Part shown: piece by piece, positions 13,356 to 28,197 of the stretch
Position numbering within the stretch: position 1 is the stretch's first letter
How the letters are laid out: each line of letters begins with the position of its first letter
Assembly: GCA_003344405.1 (NCBI GenBank)
Contig: NOWV01000131.1
Span: 1 to 64,000 of the forward strand
Direction of reading: 5' to 3'
Source: Trichoplax sp. H2
Lineage: Eukaryota
DNA length: 64,000 nucleotides
Made by a program: the position numbers and the translations under genes
The notes under the pieces: generated by a model
What the model was told of the DNA's origin: nothing
Seen by the model: the letters and a program-made list of their open reading frames with translations, nothing else
The model's database searches: none

Positions 13356-15461
13356 AAAAGCGCTCAACGTGTGAATACGACGAAATTACTTGTTATGAGT
13401 TACCTAGAGCAGGAATTGCAATGATATCAATTGTACCATTCACCTTCACCATTGCCATTACTAGCTAGTTTTTTACTTAACTACTTTCTAATGTATCATT
13501 TTATTAGTAATATTTCAATCTCGAAGAGTAAAAAGTCGGATTACTATAGTATTCCGATTTACATTATACTTCTAGCTTGTTATGAGTTACCCTAACATAT
13601 ATTACAAAAACTTGTAATCTGGAACTGAATTAGTTTTGTAGTTGCAGCTTAACGAATTCTGCTTATACTGTATGGTCATCAAAATCTATTGCTATGTAAC
13701 ATGTAAATGATCGGCAGCAATGCATACATGCCAATGTGTAGTTTTTATTATTTCGATAGAACTTCGTTCAAAGTAAGTATTAGGCTGTTTATTGATGTTT
13801 TTTCCACTACGTTGAATTGATATTTGCTGACGATGGATGGCATGCATATGTTGTAAGATACTACAGTATATTGTACCTAGCACAAACAAACAAATAAAAG
13901 AGCTGCCAAGACTTTACTCCTGTAGTCGTAAAGGCTTATGTTTATGTAAGTACGAATTCTTGACCCAGTGACAATCGAATGATGAAGTAGAATTGTTTCA
14001 TTACGTTTCTCGTTGTAATTCAAGCTGATTTATGCCTAATACTGGACAAGGTATGGACTTTTGCAGCTTAAAGTGAAAATCTAGTCTTAGTACAATTATT
14101 TGTCGATCCCTTGACTTCTTTATACCATCTTGCTATCAAGATACAATACAAAATCTTGTAAACCTATCACGACTAAGATAAGTGATAAATTAACTTTGTA
14201 GGGGCTCTATGACTAAATACGTATATCATACATGCATAGGTTCATTTTGGATCAAGTAATTCTTATTTGATAATTAGTTATTAGTGAAAAGTTTGTTAAA
14301 TTAAATAACATAAGCGTACATATATACGCGCATGTTGCGGCTAAAACTATGTTATACGTATGTGATGTATGAATATATAATATACCGGTAATTTATCAGA
14401 GAAACATGGCCCACCGCCCACGTAATAACTAAATCATTGATAGTCCTATACAACCTGATAATTTAGTATCCGAGAATACCACACAAGCAACTAATTTTCA
14501 ATGTTACATCACATAAGTCTATGCAACAATTTCCATCTTGTATTGATATGTGTGTAGAGACAGGAATAGAACTAATAACCTTCAATTGGTAGACACTATG
14601 GGTAGATATACGTAAGTTGTCGTATGTAACTGCACAATATTATATCATATTACGACTTATTTCTATTTGTTAGTCGTATACTATATAATCTATGATATTA
14701 TATTGATATACATCTATACACATTGCACCTACGTAGTCGCCCAAATAATGCTTCTTTAGGTTTACGAAAATTTTAAATAATTTAACAGTGTAGAATTATG
14801 TTTAAATTTATTAAAGTTTACCTACTTTAAATTGTTTATTATAGAAATAGAAACCAAAACAGTACTGATACTATTATTATTGAATATGCGTATTTAAAAT
14901 AAAAGGCATTTCAACTAAAATTTTAGAGGCATTAGAATTGGTACTATAAAAGAAGAGACTATAGTAACGATATCATTACTACTGTAGCTCTAAGTAATAA
15001 AATGCTGGTAAAAATTTTTAATATAAATTGGAAACTAACGCGTATATACGTTCCTTAAAGCATTATGTTGCTTACCAGGTCTGTCGCTACTAATTATCGA
15101 TGAATGCTTATCTGAGTTAAATACCCAATTTTTAAAAATACAATATCAATAGAATACTATAAGTATAATAGCTTATGGTACAGTTGACAATGATTAGATG
15201 ATATTAATATTCTACGATACTGTACTCATGTTTGAAAGGCGTCACAGTAAACACCTACGTATCTCTGTATATATTTTCTACCATAGTGCGAGTATATGAT
15301 GTACAAAGATTAGCATATAATTAATTTTTGGTATGAATTCAGACACGACTGTAATTTAACTTTCTAAATATTTTACTAAAATGCGTATATCTGGATATAT
15401 TGACAGCTTAATGACACGAACATTGCAAAGACTAACACTCGCACGCTACGGTTAGATACAG

Positions 15462-17952
15462 TTATACCTTCGATGAATTTAAATCGATTGTCATGTTGCA
15501 ATAACATACAGTCTTATCGCCTTTCGTCAACAAGAAGTGAAGCTTTTGTGGATCTTCATGATTTTGGAATGTAGTTACTTCAAGTTGTTGGTTTTCTCGA
15601 CAATGATTTACGTAACAAATGTCAAATTCTCTAACACAATTTGGGTTGAAATCATAGGTAAACCCGGTATGATAAGCTGGTGAACGCTTATAAATTGCAT
15701 TTGCCGCTGTATCAAAGCAGAAAGTTATATAGCGAGTGTTCGTAATTATATGGTGGTGATCTAAATCGTCATAGCGTGAATAAAAGGTGTGTTTATATGC
15801 ATCTTTAGGTATTTTTGATGGCACATTAACCTATTTGTAAAGCGATAAGATGAAATGAAAAGATAATAATTAGTATAGTATACCTAATTTTAACAACTTC
15901 GTTCACCCGCATTTATTATTCATATAAAAAACGACGAGCATCTTATGTCTACTTAATTCTTCTAACTGAGAACACTACTTGCAAGTATCATAATACTGTT
16001 AATTATAAATATTAACTATTTATTAAAAGACTGATAACATCCTAACCTCATGTGGTTCGAGTTTGTTGCGATACTCTGAAAATGTTTTCTGATGCCAATC
16101 AGTAAACGGAACACCTTTACCATCTTTCATACTAAAGTTAACGATGTTACTTGCAACGGATATTAATACTTTATCGTCTAGTTGGAGATCTGTATTGACA
16201 ATAAAGGATGACTTGCCTAAACTGAGTAGCTTCAAATCATGCTTAAGATCTTGAAATTGGCCGATTTTGAATAATTCGGGGTCGATTTTTACCCGATGAG
16301 TAAAGATAACTTGTATAGCATTTTCAAGAAGATGACCTTTCAAGTAGCCTTGAGCAAGATAACAGTTTAATCGTGAATTGGAAATTGCCTCCTTTACATA
16401 CTGAAGAATTACATTGTTAAAGCGATCGCGATGGAAGCCCACTGAGGGAATGTCAGTATAGACACGAATATCTGATTCTGTGTGCATCGGTAATTGCCAC
16501 TGTGGCAATTCACCAGCAATTTCGCGATCTAAGTCTAGATATCCTTTGCACACAATCTCTTCTCCACATTTACCAATACATAGAATACGATTAAGTTCTG
16601 CATTCTCATAAACAGAAATATCAACGGTATCGCCTACAGAAACATTTCCGGTAACATCTAGGTGTAACTCTTTAATTTGAGCTAAAGAACTCATTCGTGT
16701 AGCTACCTGAAATTTTTTTGACAACATAGCGCTGCGAATGCCGTGTTGGCAGTAACTTAACATCTGAGCCCAATTTACGTTTCGATTTTCATCCAAGTCG
16801 CTAGGTCGTACCTCCACGGATGATATCATGCATGGTTCGGATGGCAAGCCTAATTTTTCTAGATTTATCAAGTTATGTTTAAGGTCATCACGAATTTGAG
16901 AGCTACGCAATTCCTCTGTAACATCATCCGATATTGCGTGCAGTTTATGATCTTGAGTAACTTCAGTCATAGTTTCAACTTTACATAGCAAGCTTTTATC
17001 ATCGCCAAGAGTCATTTCACATAAGGTCTTGAAGGCATTCTTGTTAAAATTTGTCAGCTTAACCATTGCGCTACCAAGTAAACCATAGTGAAAATTATAA
17101 AAATTGGGATCAATCGTCATTTTCACTGATTTTAAGAGAGGTTTGGTACCATCTTTAAATAGTCCAAAAGTCTCATTCATAAAACGAGAACTTAGGGCAC
17201 CAGCAAGATGGCCAGTATTGGGTACATTGGCCTTACGATTTTGATCAAAGAAAAAGTTGACGCCAGACAATGAGCCGGGATACTCAGCGGAGGTGGCTGC
17301 AGACCGAAGACCGTAAGCACTCCATATCGATGGCGTGAGCCTGTTGATTTTGCCTGCAAATTGAGCATCATTCTATGTGTTATTGAGGGTGAGCATCGAA
17401 AAGCTTGTTGGGATATTTCTAGTATTATTGTTAATAAATGGTATAGTACGTGAAGTAAAACGAGCCTGAATATACTGTACTAGTAATTAATTGATTAATC
17501 GATTGATTTGAACTTTAAGTGATATTCTTATTGGTCATCATTACATTATTCAATTGTAAGAAATAAACTATGATGCGTATCATTCTTTTAATTATTATGG
17601 TAAAATAACTAACCGTAAGTAGAAGAAACATACTAATATAATGATCTTGTAATAAGAAAATAAAGATAGCGTAATATCGATGACCAACTACTGTACTGTT
17701 TACCGTACGTTAGATGTGGCCTACGTGCAATGAAATTTCGCATAATTTGATACAATACATAGTGTTAACACTGTAAATAGTATTGGTATACTACGGAATA
17801 GCATAAGATAATATAACAGAAGTAAAAGGTAAATATTACTGCTAACAGATGAAGATCATAAAAGGATTTGTTTGATGGTCGAAAATAATCTAACCTCCAG
17901 AAAGGCGATAAGAGAATGGAAGGACGACGGTAGACGCTCGCAACACTTGCAT
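15462..17952 (-). CDS. Tandem hotdog-fold acyl-CoA/acyl-ACP thioesterase-like protein (~577 aa), predicted mitochondrial presequence
   Basis: Exons 17952-17895, 17353-16047 and 15830-15462 join in frame with GT-AG sites. Motifs VRPSDLDENRNVNWAQMLSY and SRYDDLDHHHIITNTRYITF resemble the R-x-x-D-x-D-x-x-x-H-V-N-N motif of 4HBT/acyl-ACP thioesterases; LGKSSF..IVNFSMKDGKGVPF is also hotdog-like. Exon 1 assignment is less certain. Confidence 0.7.
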
Positions 17953-20900
17953 ATTTCAAACAAATCGAAACGGTCTATAGTTATACTTCACAAAACTGTT
18001 GCTGAAACTGAAAAGATAAAAAACAGTGATATTCGTTAGTTATCAATAGATATCCTAGCCAACTTATTATAAGTTGTAACGGTGTGATTATGATTTGATA
18101 TTAATTCATCGTTTGGATCGAAGCGTCAATCGTAGTAGCAGTCTTGCTATGATGAATTCAACTATCCTCTAGGATATGGTTTGTAAAGTTGATATTTTGA
18201 AACGAGTTGTAATATCTCTAATGATGTACAGCCTAATTGTAGACTTTAATCGGAGTCGATGGGATTAATAAACTCTCTCTTTTCCTTTTAGTCATCCGTG
18301 AAGGGAGAAAGCCTCCGTCTCCTTTTTGTCGCTGTCTATTTTAGTCTCCTGATACGTACTTTGGTGGTCGAAAGCTAGTAACTTTGCCCGCGACTGTAAT
18401 GGCGTGTTGTCGTACTGTGATATGTATCTATCTGCTTGTCTATTCTGCAATTTATAAGTCCTAAAACCAAGAATTTATCCATCATCGCAGTGACTATTGG
18501 AAAATTGTTCAATTTTTGACTTGCACTCAAAATAATCATACACAGTTTATCGATAGATTTATCTTTGATAATAATAATACTATCGACTACTTAGTCGCTA
18601 ACGATCGATACAATAGAATTCCTTTACGTAATCTTGACGAACGCCAAGCCAGTAAGAATTTTAATGGCAACATTGGTATCGAAGTGGACTCTGCAATATG
18701 ATTCTATTTGTGCATTTAAACCAGGCCATGCAAGAGCTGCCGCAGACTACCAGAAGGTCTTCTATTAACCCGTGGAGCTGCTAACATACTGTACAATACA
18801 ATATGAGAGATATACAATGCCCATCGGATCAGCATGACCATTAGCCCTAACCATTTTGCATAAATTACTTTGTCACTGACCTCTAACAATTGGCTTTCTA
18901 TCCTCAGGGCTTTAATTAATTTATTTACTGTAATTAGCGACGGGTAATCGCAATCAATTGGACAGTAAAAAAAAAATGGAGATTACATCATCTTAAGCAT
19001 CATGAATAGAGTGGACTAAATTTTTTTTTTTGGGGGGGGGGAAAGACAAAGATTGCAGGGATTGTCTAGTGGTTACTCTATTTCAAAAGCTACAGTCTTT
19101 CTCTATACTGTAAAGAAGTACGAATGCGGCAAAGCCTAATGTTTGATTAAACAATTTCATCGTATTTGCTTGGTTACTAAAATAAATAAATAAAATTCAA
19201 AGAGAGCAGATCCTTCCAGTACCGTACTTAACAGCGATGTCCATATATTCGTATTGCAATCATATTTTGGTACTGACCATGAAGAAAATCCTCTACCACT
19301 TTGAGTTGACAGTGAGTAAAATACAGCGCTAATTACGCGCTATGTAATACTACTACTGTACGATAGCAATTGCAAAAGAAATAACATACGGTACAATGAT
19401 CAGTTATATAGACAGGTACTCATTGCAACTGGAATAGCTAATCAATGTAAATTTCATCTTGACTTGCATATTGAGAAGGGAGTCACTCATGAGCTGATCA
19501 AAGAATAGCAAAATTCTGAAAAATGAAAAAACTTTTGCAATCAAGTCCAATAGACAGACCACCGATAGATATATCTGTAGACTTGCGATTAGAGAAATGG
19601 GACAATTGATTGTATTACAAACACATTAAGGGCCGTTCATTTACCCATAAAAATAGACCGAAGAAATTTCTTGCAAAATGGTTTGTTGCCTGCTCACCAA
19701 TCAATCCGTAATGTGCCAACGTATGGAGTAATGTCGACCTTATTTGATGGTTCTTAAGCAGAGAAGAACATCACCACCCACTCCATGTCCACCATTATTG
19801 CATTGACAGTTGAAAAACAATGACAGCAAATTCAATCTCTCCAGGGATTTGCAACACTGAGTAGGAAATCATTCAAAAGTAGTGGAATAACGTGAATAAT
19901 AATAGTGATATAATTGCTAATTGTTGGACTTTTTGTTCTCCTAGTCCGTAACAGCAAAGGGGCATTTCCATCCTTGTGTACACACAGCGCATTGTGTGTT
20001 AGGATACATTACAACAGGCTCTAATCAATTATTATACTGGAAATGTACAAGATTGCCAAGCACGACAAAGAAAAAATATTTTTTTCAGGGCTGCTAATTA
20101 ATCCAAGTTGGGGGGGGAGAGAAAAATTTTTTGACAAGCGTACATTCAACTTTCTTGTCAGAATGTAAAAAGAATGTCGTGGTTTCCAAGAGTGCTTGCT
20201 TGGACGACAAATCAGCCCAAGCTTACAAGGTTGCTTATTTTAGCGACTGTTAAAATAACATACTGGCCGTGTCAATTTTAACGGTTCAATATATCCTTCT
20301 TACTCTATGGATGCGTGTCATCAACGATGGCATAAATCAAAAAAGTTTTTTTTTGAATACAAATAAAAAAATACCTAGGTCGCGAAGTAGAAAGTTCTCC
20401 ATCATGCCATGACGGACGGCTACATTTTATCATTATCAACAAGATAGGTTTTTCTTGACTCTCAAGTGGATGAGAAGTATTTAGTGGTGTTGTGAAAGCA
20501 AGTGGTGAGGATGCCATGGTGATCGCCATCAAGTAATGTGCTATGAAAGCAAAAAATGATGATCACGTACTTGTAAAATCCAAGGAGAATCTGCTTCAAA
20601 CTCATATTACCATGCCAGGCATTACTGTATCACGCTCAAAGGATCTGTTGCATCTTGGCGATGCGATTAGACTTGCAAATTGGCCTACCCCCAAAACGAT
20701 AATCACCTCTATGACATGCGATCGGAAACTTGGGGAAAAAGAGCAAGTTGCTAGACGAATACAACTCGATACTTGCTGATATTTTATCTGCTTCTACTCG
20801 CAATCCCAACAGTCGCAACCATTTGCAATCGCTTCTACAGTACTCCGCAATCATGATCGAGTTTACTGTAGGCGCTGGCATCCGCAAACTACCCCCCCTC

Positions 20901-22117
20901 CATTTTTCCTCAACAAGAGCGACACGGACTCCTGTAGCTTGCAAGTGTTTCTCAAAAAAAAATGAACTAATCCAACACAGAAAAAGAGTTGAAAATAGCC
21001 ACTACTAGTATCAGACCTGTAAGAAGTTAGCCGTTAGCTTGAGGAAAGAGAGATGGCAATTTCAATTTTCAAACTTGCTACCCGCTTCCAAATTTTCCCA
21101 GCTGGATCTTGTGCCGACCAATGCCGTACCTTCCGTGCGACTGTCGCTGGTCCTGAGACAGATCGGTTGAAATACGGTGCCGTATGTCACATCCGTCTGT
21201 CTGTTGCTGTGGAATGGGCGAAACTATGGGACTACAGTACAGTCTGTACTAAAAGGAAAGAAAGAGGGAGGGACGCCATAGGAATCGCTTTACGTCCCTG
21301 TCGCTTCTTTCTTTTTCTTTCTTTCTGTTTTATGCTGTAGAAGTGCAAACCAATCAGTTTCATCTTTTCCAGGGGCTATATGTACCGTACTAGACTGTAT
21401 GGAGACATACTACCATCTGATTATCTTGTCTTACTGTTATTTTACCACATCGTTTTCAATTTTTATTGGATGGCAATCGATCGATACGACAGCTTGAATA
21501 GAAAAATAGGCAATGAGTTCTTTTCCAACTACGCAAGGCCTATCCGTATATCAGTTCTTTGCACGGTGATTTTTAAGGAATACCGCCCCAGACCAGACTT
21601 GGGGAAATTTTGATGGAGTAATACAGTACAGCAGTAAATGGCGTTGGAGACATTTTGACATATAAACACATGAACAGTAGCGATCCATTCAATTTGCTTT
21701 CAAACTGTCCCTACAGTGAACTTCATAGTAGTCGTATCACTAGATGCAGTATAGTAGTGCTACCGCAGAGCTTGTCAATGCATGAGGTGAAAAATAGACG
21801 GAAACGATATCGCAATGCGTAGCAAGCAGCAAGCATGGACTGAATACGATCAGAATTATCAAGAGCCTTGGGGAATTTTGTTTGCTTTTATTGGTGGGCT
21901 GTCCATTACCTGACATCAGTAGTGGATCTGGTATTCCTAGTCTATTTCTTTGTCATTCACTAGTATAGTTGAGACGGGCTACTATTTACTGATCTTGGTA
22001 TTGGATTTACCAGTTGTAATGTTCTCAAGGTAGCATCCTCAACCTTCCTCCTCATAATAATTTAGAAATTCAAAATTCCCGACATTCTACTCCCGACTAG
22101 GTAGAACATCGTTGTGT

Positions 22118-22529
22118 CATACTGTCGCCATAGTCCTTCTTTGCCTCTGGTATAAGTCTGTTTGCACCATGGTTTGTACAGACTGTATGGACTAATACAG
22201 TACAGTATAGGCAATGTGGAAAATATGTGTCCTTTGTAGTATAGGTTGTACACTACACTGCAGTGAAACATCTTCTGCTCACATTACAGTATTGCGAGCC
22301 AATACAAAAGTGGACACCTTTTGTACTGTACATACTGTAACCGTAGTCCTTCTAGTAGAAGTCTGTTTGTACTACCATGGTTTGTACAGACTGCATGGAC
22401 TAATACAGTATTGGCAATGTGGAAAATATGTGTCCTTTTTAGTATAGGTTGTACACTACATTGCAGTGAAAAATCTTCTGCTCACAGTACAGTATTGCGA
22501 GCCAACACAAAAGTGGACACCTTTTGTAC
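22118..22529. repeat. Direct duplication, ~210-bp unit, 2 copies
   Basis: CATACTGT..TAGTCCTTCT...CCATGGTTTGTACAGACTG...GGCAATGTGGAAAATATGTGTCC...TATTGCGAGCCAA.ACAAAAGTGGACACCTTTTGTAC occurs from ~22118 and ~22331. Confidence 0.9.
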
Positions 22530-23484
22530 ATCCTGTACAGTACTGTACGACTTGTACTGTACAGTACAGTGGATGGCTGTACTGGTACAGTACAGTACTA
22601 TAAGTACAATGAGCAGTACTTTGTACTGTAGGTACTTTTGAATTCATTTTTTGCTAATATCATGGTTGATCTTCATTGCATTACTGAAATCTTATGCTCT
22701 AGTTATATGCCTGGAGCTTACTGTACAGTACTGTACATGTTTATGTCTATCTTGGAAGTTCATAGGCAGTCCATTGTGCAATTGAGGCATAACCTCATAA
22801 GCTATAGCGCCTTGACAACACTCTACGAAATAGGAAATTTCAAAAGGTCTTCTTTTAGTAGTCCGTGACAGTACACTACAGTTCTGTATGGCCGTCTTTA
22901 ACAGTACAGTACTGTATACTGTACTCTGCTCTACGCTGTACTGTACACTGTACGGTACTGTAAAGTATTTGGGAAATTCAAGTGATATTTTTCTCCATTT
23001 TTGAGGGGGAATCAAAGACTTTTTAATAATTACACCTGTACACGCTGTACTATTGATCCCTCGCTCGTTATACTTTGCGTTGCGTTTGCCAGCGATACCT
23101 TTTACTAATTTCTATGATTCGATTTACAACTACTGTACTGTAGACTACTGTATCACCGCTTCCTAACAAACAGCGATTGCCATTAATCTCTTTCTTGCAA
23201 TTTGATCAACTGCAAACTCAGCGTAAAAACAACAATAACTCAAGCACTTTCGACTACGGCACATACGGTACTGTATTGCCTGGAGGCATTCAAGAGTATT
23301 GCAATCCTTTCTCTCATTCATCAAGCAACGACTACTAGAAAGAAACCAGCTTTCCTTTCTCAGCAGTCTTGACAATACTGTACTGTACATCAGGTCATCG
23401 CCATTACAGTCAACAAGACTGATACTGTATTCGTTGCAATGGACCAACCAAAAATGCCAAATATGAATAAGGAGACCGGATCGA

Positions 23485-24165
23485 GCCCGATGACACCACC
23501 ACAGGCCGCATCACTCCACCAGTGGGTAGTGGGGACTGGTTGGGACGACTTGGACAATAATAGCCACACGTATTCAGTGTTGCGGGCCCGATGACACCAC
23601 CACCACCACTCCACCAGTGTTTAGTGGGGACTGGTTGGGACGACTTGGACAATAATAGCCACACGTATTCAGTGTTGCGGGCCCGATGACACCACCACCA
23701 CTCACTCCACCAGTGGGTAGTGGGGACTGGTTGGGACGACTTGGACAATAATAGCCACACGTATCCAGTGTTTTACGGGCCCGATGACACCACCGGTGGG
23801 CGGGCGGGCACCACCACTCCACCAGTGGGTAGTGGGGACTAGTTTGGAGTACTTTGGACGACTTGGACAATAATAGCCACACGTATTTTGTTACGGGCCC
23901 GATGACACCACCACTCCACCAGTGGGTAGTGGGACTAGTTGGGACGACTTGGACAATAATAGCCACGCATATTCAGTGTTACGGGCCCGATGACACCACC
24001 ACTCCACCAGTGGGTAGTGGGGACTAGTTGGGACGACTTGGACAATAATAGCCACACGTACAATTCAGTGTTGCGGGCCCGATGACACCACCACCACTCC
24101 ACTAGTGGGTAGTGGGGACTAGTTGGGACGACTTGGACAATAATAGCCACACGCACTCAGTGTTA
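23485..24165. repeat. GC-rich tandem array (minisatellite), 7 copies of an ~88-118-bp unit
   Basis: Unit GCCCGATGACACCACC(ACC)nACTCCACCAGTGGGTAGTGGGGACT(G/A)GTTGGGACGACTTGGACAATAATAGCCACACGTATTCAGTGTT(G/A)CGG starts at 23485, 23586, 23681, 23779, 23897, 23985 and 24077. Confidence 0.95.
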
Positions 24166-24361
24166 CAGTCTTCAGTCTTCAACAATGACAACCGCCGTAT
24201 TTAGCCTATAATCCTCGGCTTGGACAATTTAAGGTATTGTGAACATGCGCATGCTACCCTATCACATAACAAAGTTATGATGACAACGTTGGAAAGACCA
24301 ATTGTGCTCAACCCCCCCCTAGGCGAAGAATTGTTCTTATGCGAGGCGATTCAATCGTTCG

Positions 24362-24402
24362 TTCTCTTTCTCTTCGTCGTTCAGTTGCAGCGTGATAGCT
24401 TG
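24362..24402 (+). promoter_or_regulatory. Probable non-coding first exon of EF1A-1 with a 5' terminal oligopyrimidine (TOP) tract
   Basis: TTCTCTTTCTCTTC..GATAGCTTG|GTAAG donor, with an acceptor TACAGTAG at ~24879 just before the ATG at 24903. TOP leaders and a 5'UTR intron are typical of animal EF1A genes. Confidence 0.5.
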
Positions 24403-24884
24403 GTAAGCCTTGACGATGTTACTCGTTAAAATCGCATTTCAATCTTTGTCATCACCAGTTTTTTTGCATTTTTAACCTTACTTTTTGCGACTATCATGAA
24501 TGTACGATAGCATCAACGTCATTTTTCCTACAAGTCGATGAGATGAAGATGATGGCAATTTTTTAAACTTGACGCATCTTTCATTCTCCACATGTCGCCA
24601 TCTTTTTTTTAATTGCTAGAGCCTGTAGAAATGCATTTTTTATTGTTCCAATGGTAAAAAATCAGTTGGAATAGTCAGCTAGCTTGTATTGTAAAGGATG
24701 ACACTGGATCAAAGTTGTTTTTCAAGTAGTTGTTTATGTATAAGGAGGAAAGAGAGGAGTACAGTAGTAGCGTTCCTCCGTGATAGAGATTTTTTTTTTC
24801 CCTCTCCTGACCACTTTGTCATCCGGAGCTTAAAATATCCCACTAAAGGTTGCTATTTTTTCAATCTATAGTACAGTAGGCTGA

Positions 24885-26569
<1,685 letters not shown>

Positions 26570-28197
26570 TCAATCCTGATGCCCCTGATATATTTAGATT
26601 AATAAAAAGTGTAATACAATATCGTAGATGATCATGTGTAATTGTTACAATTTTATTATGCTGTACTGCTGTTGCTGGCCTAAGCGTAAATTGACTTATC
26701 TTTCAGTCTGACAGAGTTATCAATAAAAAGGTACTGCGATAGTCTTTCGTAATCAATAACTGAGAATCTACCGTTGCTGACTGTTGGTTGGTTGTTGAAT
26801 TCATTTTGAACTTCCTTATTACAGTAATAGCATACTGGTCGCTATTAGAGCGCAATGATATTGATTGGTTATAGCTATCATATAAGGAAGGATACAGTTA
26901 CTGTACTATAGTAAAAATCAATTGGACGATAATACGTTTGAAGCGGAATCGCTTTAGCAACCTATGAAACGTTTAGTGATTACTTATAATTTTTCGACAT
27001 TATAAAAAAGGCATGCAATATACGATACAAAGGGTATTTCGCTTCATGAAGCTTCACGCAATCCTTTACTCCAACAATGGATATGGATTGTAATAAGTAG
27101 ATGATGCCGCGCAAAAGTGCTTCGGCGTTAAACTACAGTACTGTATTGTTGCCTTCATGTAAGTACTATCGTAAACGACAGTATCATTAATCATGATTCA
27201 TGAGCATATAAATACCAGAAAAACATACTGCACTGTAAGCGCGGAACGCCTGTGTACAGTATGTTCGATAAAGAATCTTGGTTATAGGGTGTTACTTCAA
27301 TCAACATCGTGACTGATAATGTCATTACGGTATTAGGCTTTTTTTTCTTTCTTTCTTTTACAATTAATTACGAAAGTATCACAATATCAGTATTTCTCCC
27401 AGCACAATACCCATTGACTGTCATGACTATGTGTAGATGCAACAGCAAATTTATCGTCATGACTTACTAAACCGTACGTAGTGCAAAACACTACAGGCAT
27501 TGAATTATGAAGTACAACGCTGAATCCTGCAAGCAGTGCAATCTATGATGACTGGACTAGCTGAGAAATACAATAATATAGGACACTAATTTTTTATTTG
27601 AAATGAAAGACTCACTTACGTGTATTTATACGTTATTAATTGATACTCAAATTGAATAGATTGCTATCCCATTGTATCACCGTAATAACAACCTGATTAT
27701 ACGCTTATTAGTGTAATCCTATACAAGTATACTGTACATAGAGGAGTCAATATGGACTCTAAAATTATCAGAACACTGATACATTGATGTGAGCTGCTAC
27801 ATGCACATGTGTGTCTGTGTTGCAATGCGCTAAAATTCGTTTTACGTTTTACTGTTGTGGAAATATAAATCAAAAGAAGTTGCAGAAAATCCGATACGCT
27901 AAGTCAATTTAAATGGACTGCATTGAAAGATTGAATGCTATAACAATATAATCAGCAAAATAAAATTTATTTTGAATACACTCCGGAGCAATCGTAGTTG
28001 TACATCATTTTTAAATTCTTAAGACAATTTAATATCGGTTGCTTTATAATTAATTATCACCTTAACCAGATTGTAGTTTACAAATTAATGTAGACGCCAG
28101 ATGCCATTTCGATTGATTAGTAATGGCAACCACCACCTGTAGCATGCAATCATCGCATCCCTTTCATGCTCTTGGTGAATCGTTGTAGGGACCAGTC

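Noticed and set aside
16023-17270. Reading the 415-aa ORF as an intronless bacterial gene or contaminant
   Set aside because: It is flanked by in-frame GT-AG splice sites joining upstream and downstream exons, and its listed start is TTG within an open exon.
23390-24156. Trp/Cys-rich minus-strand ORFs over the array
   Set aside because: They arise in all frames from the repeat, and unit lengths are mostly not multiples of three.
23485-24165. CRISPR array or hammerhead-ribozyme array interpretation of the GC-rich repeat
   Set aside because: Units are repeated over their whole length with no unique spacers and no cas genes in a eukaryotic context. CCGATGA plus a hairpin resembles the hammerhead CUGAUGA core, but the required GAAA after stem II is absent.
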